64,000 nucleotides of DNA, from assembly GCF_009914755.1 (NCBI RefSeq), contig NC_060929.1, one strand, 5' to 3'. The position numbers and the translations under genes were made by a program. Under the pieces are notes generated by a model. That model saw nothing but the letters and a program-made list of their open reading frames with translations. It ran no database searches and was not told the origin of the DNA. Each line of letters starts with the position of its first letter. The stretch's first letter is position 1. This document shows, in pieces, positions 31,801 to 42,482 of the stretch. This stretch comes from the human T2T-CHM13v2.0 reference genome, Homo sapiens.

Positions 31801-31904
31801 TTGCTCTTGTTCATCTAAGAGTAATGAATCTTTGCCTTATTGTGTTTGAATTCACCATGGCCTCCTTGTTGATATTCCTAAAGTTGGCATTAAAAGCTAT
31901 ATCT

Positions 31905-32222
31905 GGGGTGGGGCATGGTGGCTCACGCCTGTAATCCCAGCACTTTAGGTGTCTGAGGCAAGCGAATCACCTGAGGTCAGGAGTTTGAGACTAGCTTGGC
32001 CAACATGGTGAAACCCCGTCTCTACTAAAATACTAAAAATACAAAAATTAGCCAGGTGTGGTGGTGCACAGGTAATCCCAGCTACTCAGGAGGCTGAGGC
32101 ACGAGAATCACTTGAACCGAGAGGCGCAAGTTGCAGTGAGCCGAGATCGCGCCACTGCGCTCCAGCCTGAGCGACAGAGCAGCAAGATCCTGTCTCAAAA
32201 AAAAAAAAAAAAAAAAAAAAAA
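31905..32222 (+). mobile_element. AluS
   Basis: Dimer with a long A-tail. Confidence 0.92.
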
Positions 32223-32835
32223 TCTGACCTGGAACTCTTTCTCAATGTAGGAACTCCAAACATAATCTTTCAAAATGTTGCCTGTGGATAGCTCTGTAAA
32301 AATGGTGATACACCCTGGTTTCGTTTTGTTAAGTGGTTGTATTGCGCTGGAAATTTGGGGCTGAGAACTTTTCCCACTTTATTTTTCTCAACGTTTCTAC
32401 ATAACACTAAACTGAATATCACATTAGTTTTCGAGAATTGTGATTAGCCCTTGTGAGATTGATTTAAACTATATTTGAAAGGATAATTTAAAGTATCTGT
32501 AGGCTGATACTACTTAGCATCGCATAAAAGGAAAAGATGGTTTGATTGTTTTTAGGAAGCACGCTTGCTCAAAGAGATTGGGTCTTGCAAGGCAGGACCA
32601 CCAGTGATTGGTAGATGACCCATCAAAAGTAGGTAAAGGGGAAACAACCGAGTGTCTTCCACAGCCAGGGCACTGTGAGCTAGTTCTGCGTGAGTGAAGC
32701 TGATGAAACCTGACTTTTCTGACAGTTATGACGCTATTTGAGATGTCTTCAGTGAGCCATTCCATCCTGACTCATTCCTTACAGAGTTTACACATTATTC
32801 TGAGAAGATTTTCTAAATATAATTGAAAATGTTAA

Positions 32836-33227
<392 letters not shown>

Positions 33228-33854
33228 GCTTTTTAAAATTTTTTTTATTTCTAATTTTCAGCAAGCTTCACATTGAAATGACGTATGAAGACATCCAATC
33301 ATAGTAATAGCAGCTGGTTGTCAATTTAATCTTCAGGGTGTAAGATGATATATTTTTATGACAGTGATTAGTAGATGTATTGAACTCTATTGATAATACC
33401 ACTTGTTTCTTTATCTTGCATTGCATTTTATTTAGTGCCAGAAGCATTCATAAAATTATTTTTCCCCCTAGAAAGAGAATACACTTTAAGTATCGTTGTT
33501 TTACTGATTAGGAAATTTGAGATCCAGAGTGGGAGGTAACCACTGAGTCTCATAGCACTTTGTTGACAGTGGAGACCAACCCCTAGCACACCTATCGTTT
33601 TTAGCAAACTTCATACTGAGTGCTAGGTGGCTTGTTTTTGACACAAGTCAAACAAATAAAATATTTCATAATTTATTTTTTTCTTATACGGCATTTTGCT
33701 ATCTACTCTTCCACCTTTATTTTCTCAAACTGAAAGACTGAATTTTAATACAGTAGGCTGTGCTAATGGAGTGGTGTAAGGTAAGAAAAAATGTAAGTGC
33801 GTATTAGGAAAGTTCTGGATGAGTTGGTCATGTCAGCAGCCAAATCATGGTTGT

Positions 33855-33969
33855 TTAGTGAAATTATTTGCTATTAAGTGTGTACAGAGGGGATCCTATT
33901 ATAGTTTGTAAGAATTGTGGTTTTTTAGTGAAATTCTTAGCTATTAAAATAGCGTGTACAGAGGGGATC
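33855..33969 (+). repeat. Diverged direct duplication (~43 bp, period ~70-73)
   Basis: ttagtgaaatt(att/ctt)(t/a)gctattaa...gtgtacagaggggatc occurs twice. Confidence 0.8.
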
Positions 33970-35384
33970 TGGACCCAGTGTGTCCTGTGGATTCTGTGTA
34001 CAAAATAAACACAGCAGATGATCTGAAGGGATAAGGAATATCTTCTGTGTTCCCTGACAGGCTTCCTGGAGAAAAAGGAACAAGCAATTGGAAAACTCGG
34101 TAGAGGAGATTGTCTCTATTACAGAGTGTCTTCATTATAACATCAGATTTCAAATTATTTCTCACCTTTACTCTCCCAAAGAAATTTTCATATTAAATTT
34201 AAGCTCTCAATAGTAAGAAGGAGTTTACTGGTTTTTCTTTTTGGGGGGTTTGCTATTATAGCAATGCATAGGACCACATATTTTTCCTATAAATAGAAAT
34301 TTCTGTAAAATAAGAAATACTTGTTAGCTCTAAGACTCAACAGAATTGTTTTAATTTGCTTTGGAGGAAGAATTAAAACCTATTTTTTAGGCCTATGTTC
34401 ATTCTTTATTTTTATTTATTGATTTTTTAACCAGATCCTCTGAAGACACTAAAGTGTAGTTGTCTCTGAGGACAAAAACAAACGAACAAACAACAACAAA
34501 AAAACTTCACCTTACCTTGCTGACCTAGCTATGAAGTTGCTCTTTTATGGCCTTCCTAGGCATGAAGAAGTTAGAGAAACTTGTCTTTAAAAGTTTCATG
34601 AACGTTCATAAATGTACACGTTTATTTATTAGGGAACAAGATTTGCTGCCAATAAACGAAAGAAAGATTTGTGTCAGGACTGAGTGTGTAGTCTAAGCTA
34701 ACATCAGTTGTAGGAAGTGAGACTCAGAAGGTGATGGGTATGTATTCCACGGATGCAAACACTTTTTGAGTTTCCTGGCAGGTGTAGGCAAAAAAGGACC
34801 AGGCTGGTGTGATGAATAATCACTTCCAACCCTCCCTCTGACCTTTTCAGGCCTCCCTCTGATTTGCCTGCTTTCCAGCCCAGGTTGCTCTGATCAACTC
34901 ACAGTGCTCGAATGGCACACTCTCTTCTCTCTTCACCGAAAAGCAGAACTTTATCACATTTCTTCCAGAATAGCTGTTTCTAGCCAGGTGGGATTAATTG
35001 GATGGAGGCTTGGTTTTATAAGGTGGAAGGGAATAAAACTAGTCACAAGATAGTTGTGGGGGATTTTAAAGATGTAAGTTAGTATCTCTATTAAGCTATT
35101 TGACATATGATAAACAAACAGTATTCTTCTGCAGGAAGTAGCAAAACAAAATGACATTTGACAATGTTAGCTTCTCTCATTAACATGGTGTGTTTAGCTT
35201 ATTAGCCAAGATAAGCTGTAGACCAGGTTTTTACCCTTTACACGTGAAATTTGAGGCATTAAATGAGTAAAAGAATTGGGATTCCTTTTCCATCTTGGTG
35301 ATCAAAACACTTTTCTCTTGTTTCCTTGGACCAAATGATGAAGAGGTGGTGAGGGGACAGCAAAAAATGCAATTACATTTCTTC

Positions 35385-35685
35385 TCTTTATTTTTATTTT
35401 TTGAGACAAGAGTTTTGCTCTTGTTGCCCAGGGTGGAGTGCAATTGTGCGATCTCGGCTTACCGCAACCTCCACTTCCCAGGTTCAAGCGATTCTCCTGC
35501 CTCAGCCTCCTGAGTAGCTGGGATTACAGGCATGCACCACCACATCTGGCTAATTTTGTATTTTTAGTAGAGACGGGGTTTCTCCATGTTGGTCAGGCTG
35601 GTCTTCAACTCTTGACCTCAGATGATCTGCCCGCCTCGGCCTCCCAAAGTGCTAGGATTACAGGTGTGAGCCACCACACACAGCC
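35385..35685 (-). mobile_element. AluS (Sp/Sq-like)
   Basis: gctcttgttgccc and ggtttctccatgttggtc. Confidence 0.92.
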
Positions 35686-36504
35686 CCCTCTTCTCTTTCT
35701 CTGATCACTCCAATACTCGTTCTAATTGGGAGGAATGGATTTAACTAATCTTTGGTTTTTATCTCTGTGTAGAAACTGATTTCTTGGCAGAATGGACTGT
35801 TAATATATTTAAAAAGACTGAAAACCTCTTAGAATCTTAAGTAGTAAAATATTCAGAGCGAAGAAGTAGAGATTTTACCTTTACAATATGGTGACAACAG
35901 ATAACTGTAAAAACTTCTTTTTCAAATAGAACCAGCAGGAGCATGCATGGAACACATATACCAAACATCTTTCTGATAACATTAAACATTTTTAAAAGAT
36001 GTTAAATGTTCTTTTCATTGTGGTGCTTCAGATTCCTGATTCTAGAACTTGTGTGTGTGGAACCTGTGTGCTAACTATTCTGTTGGAATTTACCAGCAAA
36101 GAATTATCTAAGAATTTTCAAACTAAATGATGGGGGAAGGAACTAACATTTTTGCAGTCCCTGGAAATGTAAAATGTTGTACTCACATGGCCTCACATTA
36201 AATTCCCATTAAATTGACATTTAAAAAAATTTTTTTATTTTAAAGGAAACGGAAGGACGATGAGATTAAATAACTTGCCCAAGGATTCTGGGTGGGTGTG
36301 CTGTGGAGGTGGGATTTTTATACTCTGCCATGACCCAATGTGCAAAGTCTCCTTGAAATTCAATTCTTGTCCAATATTTACCAGATTAAACTCAGTGAAA
36401 TTCCTCTCTCTACTACTGTTTATGGTTATTTTCTATGCCAATATTAATCGGTAAGCCTGTCATTTTCGCCCTTGTGGCATCGAGTTTTCTTTGAAGGACA
36501 GCTT

Positions 36505-36807
36505 TTTTGTTTGCTTTTTGTTTTTTGTTTTGCTTTGTTTTGTTTTGAGGCAGGGTCTCACTCTGCCCAGGCCATAGTGCAGTGGCTGATCTCGGCTCAC
36601 TGCAACCTCTGCCTCCCAGGCTCAAGCCTCCCCAGTAGCTGGGATGATAGGTGTGCACCACCACGCCTGGCTAATTTTTGTAATTTTTGTAGAGACGGGG
36701 TTTTGCCATGTTGGCCAGGTTGATCTTGAACTCCTGACCTCAAGTGATCCACCCACCTCGGCCTCCCAAAGTGCTGGGATTACAGGTGTGAGCCACCACA
36801 CCCGGTC
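36505..36807 (-). mobile_element. Alu with internal deletions
   Basis: Dimer. TSD tcttt(g/a)aaggacagct. Confidence 0.9.
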
Positions 36808-37169
36808 TTTAAAGGACAGCTCCAGAATTAGCTTTTTTCTGAGATGTCATAACAGAGGTCAGTTTTAGTGTTTGGTTAATACATAAACACATAGAGCTGA
36901 GGTCAGTGCCTTCAGCATTGGTCTGAATTTTGTTGCTGTGCTACAAAATTCTAGTGAATTTCCTAGTTGTGGAGAAATGCAAAGTCAGTCTCGGCCTTTT
37001 CAGTAGAGCTTTGGTTTAGTGACTTTTTTAGTTGAAGTGACTTTTCAGCATGGATTGTCTATTGCTGTATTTTTTTAACTGCTTTATTTTAATCTTAGAA
37101 GTTCCAACTTCTAACTTTCTATACCAAATGATGTCTTTCAAAATTAGAAGTAACAGAAATGAATGAAAT

Positions 37170-37457
37170 CGGCTGGGCATGGTGGCTCATGCCTGTAATC
37201 CCAGCATTTCGGGAGGCCGAAGTGGGCAGATCACCTGAGGTCAGGAGTTCAAGACCAGCCTGGCCAACATGGTGAAACCTCATCTGTGCTAAAAATACTA
37301 AAATTAGCTGGGCATGGTGGCAGGCTCCTGTAATCTCAGCTACTCGGGAGGCTGGGCAGGAGAATTGCTTGAACCTGGGAGGCGGAGGTTGCAGTGAGCC
37401 GAGATTGTGCTGCTGCTGCACTCCAGCCTAGGTGACAGACTGAGACTGCATTTCAAG

Positions 37458-37488
<31 letters not shown>

Positions 37489-37490
37489 AG
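37170..37490 (+). mobile_element. AluS
   Basis: Dimer. TSD gaatgaaatc. Confidence 0.92.
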
Positions 37491-40260
37491 AATGAAATCA
37501 TTAAACTGTATGCTCATTGCTTTCTCTTGGTAAAAAGCTTCTCTGGCAAATAGGAAGATGAAATGTTGAGAGGCAGAGGATACTCAAAATACTGAATTTC
37601 TTCCTTATTCCCTCAACACCTGAGTTCTGAACTACCCCAGGTGGCACCATCCTTGTAACCCAGGCGCATAACATTCCTGGGCTGAGAGCTTTGCCCCATT
37701 GCCGGCTTCTCAGTGGAGTTCCTTCTATCCCCTCTGTGGTGCCTTCCTGCCTTACTGAATTTTGCTGGACTTGGCCTTTGCTCATAGTACAGCTCCACGA
37801 ACTCAGCTAGTAGGATTTCCTTATGGGTAAAAGGAGAATGTGAATGGCATACTACCCCATGGTGCTGTTGAGATTACATATTTTATGTAATTATGAGTAG
37901 GATTGTGCTTGATACCTAGGAAACAGTTAATAGATGTTGTAGGCAAGGTCTTCACGCATATGGTCTTGGGAAATAATGAGACAATCCTGCTTTTCGAGGG
38001 TTCAGGTGGGTCCTATGAGCGTCCCTCTGATACCTCAATATAACCAGTAGAGGTAAATTAGCAAAATGCCAGGGGCGTTTGTTAACTTTGTTTGAAAAAC
38101 AAACTGGATTGAGACATATTTTCTTACTTATAACTTGATTACGTGTGTTCATTTTCGACCCAGAAACAAATCGCAGCTGGGCATAAAACAAAGAATAGAA
38201 TGTGGCCTTAACTATGTGTCAGAAAAGCCAGTTTTAGTAACTCAGATTTTAGGTTTGTAACCCAACATGACTTTAAACCTCTGGGGATTGCTGTATAGAA
38301 TTTCATGCTGTGGGTGTCAGAAAGCAGCACCCCATGTTATACTTACTGGACCCCCTATGTTTGCACTTTATCTTAGTGTCTGTAATTTCTAAGTTGGTGT
38401 ATGGGTTTCTATTACTGGATTGAGAGAAGATCCTAAAGGCAGACCTGTTAGGTTTCCTGTTTCTTATTTAGCTCAACCTAAGGGACCCAATGTATTTTGA
38501 AATATCAGAGCTGAAATTATATTTGGTATAGGCCATTCGTGCATACTGACTAGTTAAGAATTCAATGGAAGAGTTATAAACTATAATTTAAAATATTGAT
38601 CCGGTTTATTTCTTTATATTTTCATGTACTGCTCTGTGATTGCTTATAGGATGAAAGTATATTTAATTGTATTTTTTGCCATGTATGTTTGTTTCTACTT
38701 TTGAGGGAGAAATAATCAAAAATTAAATCCAATAGAGCCTGTCTGAAGCAGGTTATGACCAATTGCCACCCCCTTTTCTAAAAAAAAAGGACATGTAAGA
38801 GAATCTTAGGTAACATCATAAAGACCTTTCTTGAGAATATGAATAGTATTTTAGTCAAATTTCAGTTTATTGCTTTTCTCTTCCCCCAACTACTGAAGTC
38901 ATTCCAGATTAGAAATTAGCATATAGAATGGTGAGAAAAATTTTGACTGAAGAATTCATTTTCTTCCACCAAAAACTCGACTTTTAATAAGATAAATATA
39001 GGTTATTTCACTGTCATGAATCTTGATTCCAAGGAAGTAATAAACAGCAAATCCTTCTTTTCTAAATAAGGGATGTATATATTTGCAAAGCTGGCAAAGG
39101 AGTGTGTACAGTTCTGCCAGTGGACCTGACCTGGGCAAAACCAGGTGGTTCCCCCCTGCTCTTTCTAACCTCCCTTGGGGTCCAGGGCAAGGCTGATGCT
39201 CTCTCCTGGGCTTTTCTCATTTATGGGACTAACGAGGATAGTATAATGTGATTTCTGCCACGCTTCATCCAGGAAAAGCAACCATTTTCTTTGCAAAAGC
39301 AACATTTCAGTGGATTTTCACTGATGTGTGGTGACAGAAAAATGGACTTGAAGGAAAAAAAATGCACCAAGAGTCTGTTTAGCTCTGGCCATGGTTCTGG
39401 ATGAAATTTATTATTTATAAATTTATAATTTATTATTTATCTGGTTTAATGCTTGGTTTTCAGAGGAGAGAATTTCAAGATTCAAATACAAATGGAGTTT
39501 CTTGTGCCAGAATGAAAGCGGCAGCCTTAAGACAGTTGTTAATGACCATTGAACGTGCATGTATAGTTTGAATTCTAACCAGGAAATTGATAATGAACAA
39601 CAATTTTATGTTACTATAGAACTACTTTTTTTAAGCTGAAAATACCTTGAAATGAATTTATGTCAGACACAGCCAGCAAGAGACACTGGCTTTTTCATAA
39701 CTGCCCCTGCTTGGTAAGAAGATAGACTGAATCCTGTTTACCTTACGTGTTTGAAGATGTGTTTGCTGATATAACACACACACATATGTAGCAGAGAGAG
39801 TTTGTAGTTTGAGATTATTTTCTAGAAATCTGTGATTTGTGCTTTATTACAGCTGTGCAGTTTCTCCAGAAAGCATTTTAAAATTGCAACGCCTTTCTCT
39901 AGCTCTAACCTGGGTCTAAGATGGCTGCCCCTGCCATGCTGCACATGCCTGTTCCACGCTTGGTGTTTGCATCAGACATGGGATTGCAGATGAAAAACAG
40001 ATAGCGCTCCTCCTCTCCAGGGTTGACAAACTTTGCCTCTAATCACTGATTCTTTGATCTCAGCTTATTATTCCCTCAACTGGCTATGATTAGAAGCTCC
40101 ACAACTGAGCTCCTTAATTTCTTTTCGTGACACATTGTTTTAAAAACTCATTTAAAATTATTGCAGAACTCACTTAATTGAGCTCCTTAATGTTTTTGAT
40201 TCTTTTTAAAATTTTTAACTTTTAATTGTGTAATAACAGTGTAATATAATAATTTAACTG

Positions 40261-40450
<190 letters not shown>

Positions 40451-40546
40451 CTATAGTTTACCATGCCACCCCTTTGGGGTGTGCAGTGCAGCAGGCCCAG
40501 AACCCCTTGCTTTGCAAAATGCAGCTTTTTGTGGTCCCCACACTTG

Positions 40547-40588
40547 CCTAGTAACCGCCGTTTTGTTTTGTTTTGTGTTTGCTTCCAG
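40547..40588 (+). promoter_or_regulatory. BASP1: 3' splice acceptor of the BASP1 5'-UTR intron
   Basis: Branch-point-like ctagtAAc (~40554), a (TTTTG)n/U-rich tract, then ttccAG|aactccaagATG. This leaves 9 nt of 5' UTR before the ATG. Confidence 0.9.
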
Positions 40589-40597
40589 AACTCCAAG

Positions 40598-41281
40598 ATG
40601 GGAGGCAAGCTCAGCAAGAAGAAGAAGGGCTACAATGTGAACGACGAGAAAGCCAAGGAGAAAGACAAGAAGGCCGAGGGCGCGGCGACGGAAGAGGAGG
40701 GGACCCCGAAGGAGAGTGAGCCCCAGGCGGCCGCAGAGCCCGCCGAGGCCAAGGAGGGCAAGGAGAAGCCCGACCAGGACGCCGAGGGCAAGGCCGAGGA
40801 GAAGGAGGGCGAGAAGGACGCGGCGGCTGCCAAGGAGGAGGCCCCGAAGGCGGAGCCCGAGAAGACGGAGGGCGCGGCAGAGGCCAAGGCTGAGCCCCCG
40901 AAGGCGCCCGAGCAGGAGCAGGCGGCCCCCGGCCCCGCTGCGGGCGGCGAGGCCCCCAAAGCTGCTGAGGCCGCCGCGGCCCCGGCCGAGAGCGCGGCCC
41001 CTGCCGCCGGGGAGGAGCCCAGCAAGGAGGAAGGGGAACCCAAAAAGACTGAGGCGCCCGCAGCTCCTGCCGCCCAGGAGACCAAAAGTGACGGGGCCCC
41101 AGCTTCAGACTCAAAACCCGGCAGCTCGGAGGCTGCCCCCTCTTCCAAGGAGACCCCCGCAGCCACGGAAGCGCCTAGTTCCACACCCAAGGCCCAGGGC
41201 CCCGCAGCCTCTGCAGAAGAGCCCAAGCCGGTGGAGGCCCCGGCAGCTAATTCCGACCAAACCGTAACCGTGAAAGAGTGA
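40598..41281 (+). CDS. BASP1: Brain acid soluble protein 1 (NAP-22/CAP-23), complete 227-aa CDS in the terminal exon
   Basis: ATG at 40598 (ccaagATGG) gives MGGKLSKKKKGYNVNDEKAKEKDKK...SDQTVTVKE*. It has an N-myristoylation Gly2, a basic cluster and an Ala/Glu/Pro/Lys-rich disordered body. 684 nt = 227 aa + TGA, matching the recognised BASP1 protein. Confidence 0.99.
   Translation: MGGKLSKKKKGYNVNDEKAKEKDKKAEGAATEEEGTPKESEPQAAAEPAEAKEGKEKPDQDAEGKAEEKEGEKDAAAAKEEAPKAEPEKTEGAAEAKAEPPKAPEQEQAAPGPAAGGEAPKAAEAAAAPAESAAPAAGEEPSKEEGEPKKTEAPAAPAAQETKSDGAPASDSKPGSSEAAPSSKETPAATEAPSSTPKAQGPAASAEEPKPVEAPAANSDQTVTVKE
40600..41260. other. CpG-rich exonic island over the BASP1 CDS
   Basis: Dense CG dinucleotides and high GC, contrasting with CpG-depleted, AT-rich flanks. 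Confidence 0.8.
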
Positions 41282-41321
41282 CAAGGACAGCCTATAGGAA
41301 AAACAATACCACTTAAAACAA

Positions 41322-41325
41322 TCTC

Positions 41326-41366
<41 letters not shown>

Positions 41367-41408
41367 CTCTCTCTCTCTCCTCTCCTATCTCTCCTCTCTC
41401 TCTCTCCT
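41322..41408 (+). repeat. Imperfect (CT)n microsatellite in the 3' UTR
   Basis: tctcctctctctctc... ~87 nt with occasional A or CC interruptions. Confidence 0.95.
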
Positions 41409-41481
41409 ATACTAACTTGTTTCAAATTGGAAGTAATGATATGTATTGCCCAAGGAAAAATACAGGATGTTGTCCCATCAA

Positions 41482-41498
41482 GGGAGGGAGGGGGTGGG
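41482..41498 (+). other. Canonical G-quadruplex motif in the 3' UTR
   Basis: GGG-A-GGG-A-GGGGG-T-GGG: four G-runs with 1-nt loops. Confidence 0.8.
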
Positions 41499-42191
41499 AG
41501 AATCCAAATAGTATTTTTGTGGGGAAATATCTAATATACCTTCAGTCAACTTTACCAAGAAGTCCTGGATTTCCAAGATCCGCGTCTGAAAGTGCAGTAC
41601 ATCGTTTGTACCTGAAACTGCCGCCACATGCACTCCTCCACCGCTGAGAGTTGAATAGCTTTTCTTCTGCAATGGGAGTTGGGAGTGATGCGTTTGATTC
41701 TGCCCACAGGGCCTGTGCCAAGGCAATCAGATCTTTATGAGAGCAGTATTTTCTGTGTTTTCTTTTTAATTTACAGCCTTTCTTATTTTGATATTTTTTT
41801 AATGTTGTGGATGAATGCCAGCTTTCAGACAGAGCCCACTTAGCTTGTCCACATGGATCTCAATGCCAATCCTCCATTCTTCCTCTCCAGATATTTTTGG
41901 GAGTGACAAACATTCTCTCATCCTACTTAGCCTACCTAGATTTCTCATGACGAGTTAATGCATGTCCGTGGTTGGGTGCACCTGTAGTTCTGTTTATTGG
42001 TCAGTGGAAATGAAAAAAAAAAAAAAAAAAAAAGTCTGCGTTCATTGCAGTTCCAGTTTCTCTTCCATTCTGTGTCACAGACACCAACACACCACTCATT
42101 GGAAAATGGAAAAAAAAAACAAAAAAAAAAACAAAAAAATGTACAATGGATGCATTGAAATTATATGTAATTGTATAAATGGTGCAACAGT

Positions 42192-42255
42192 AATAAAGTT
42201 AAACAATTAAAAAGAAGTAATAAAGACTATTGGGTTTTTTGTTCTGTTTGTTTTA
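42192..42255 (+). terminator. Polyadenylation signals: AATAAA at 42192-42197 and 42219-42224, with GU/U-rich downstream element
   Basis: taATAAAgtt...gtAATAAAgactat followed by tgggttttttgttctgtttgtttt. Upstream UGUA motifs are present. Confidence 0.85.
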
Positions 42256-42349
42256 CTTCTCTAGTCCCCTTCAATAACTACTTTATCAGAGAACAGAGCA
42301 CTGTATTGGCCATTTTTCTGAATATATTTGGATAGAAGTAAAAAAATAG

Positions 42350-42482
42350 ACCAGGGACGGTGGATCACGCCTGTAATCCCAGCACTTTTGGAGGCCGAGG
42401 CAGGTGGATGGCTTGAGCCCAAGAGTTGAGGACCAGCCTGAGTAAGATAGTGAGACCCCACCTCTATTTAAAAAAAAAAAAA
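42350..42482 (+). mobile_element. FLAM monomer
   Basis: Left-arm monomer with A-tail. Confidence 0.8.

Larger units (their letters stand above)
41282..42240 (+). other. BASP1: BASP1 3' UTR
   Basis: Sequence free of interspersed repeats, running from the stop codon to the tandem poly(A) signals. End position approximate. Confidence 0.85.

Noticed and set aside
39407-39440. AT-rich palindrome ttataaatttataa with short flanking repeats
   Set aside because: Too short and low-complexity; expected by chance or slippage.
40611-41226. Antisense ORFs of 167 and 198 aa over the CDS
   Set aside because: Expected shadow of a GC-rich, low-complexity CDS. Near-cognate starts, with no independent promoter or poly(A) evidence.
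40463-41281. 272-aa ORF as the true protein
   Set aside because: The first 45 codons cross the branch point, U-rich tract and AG acceptor. The myristoylation motif requires the start at 40598.
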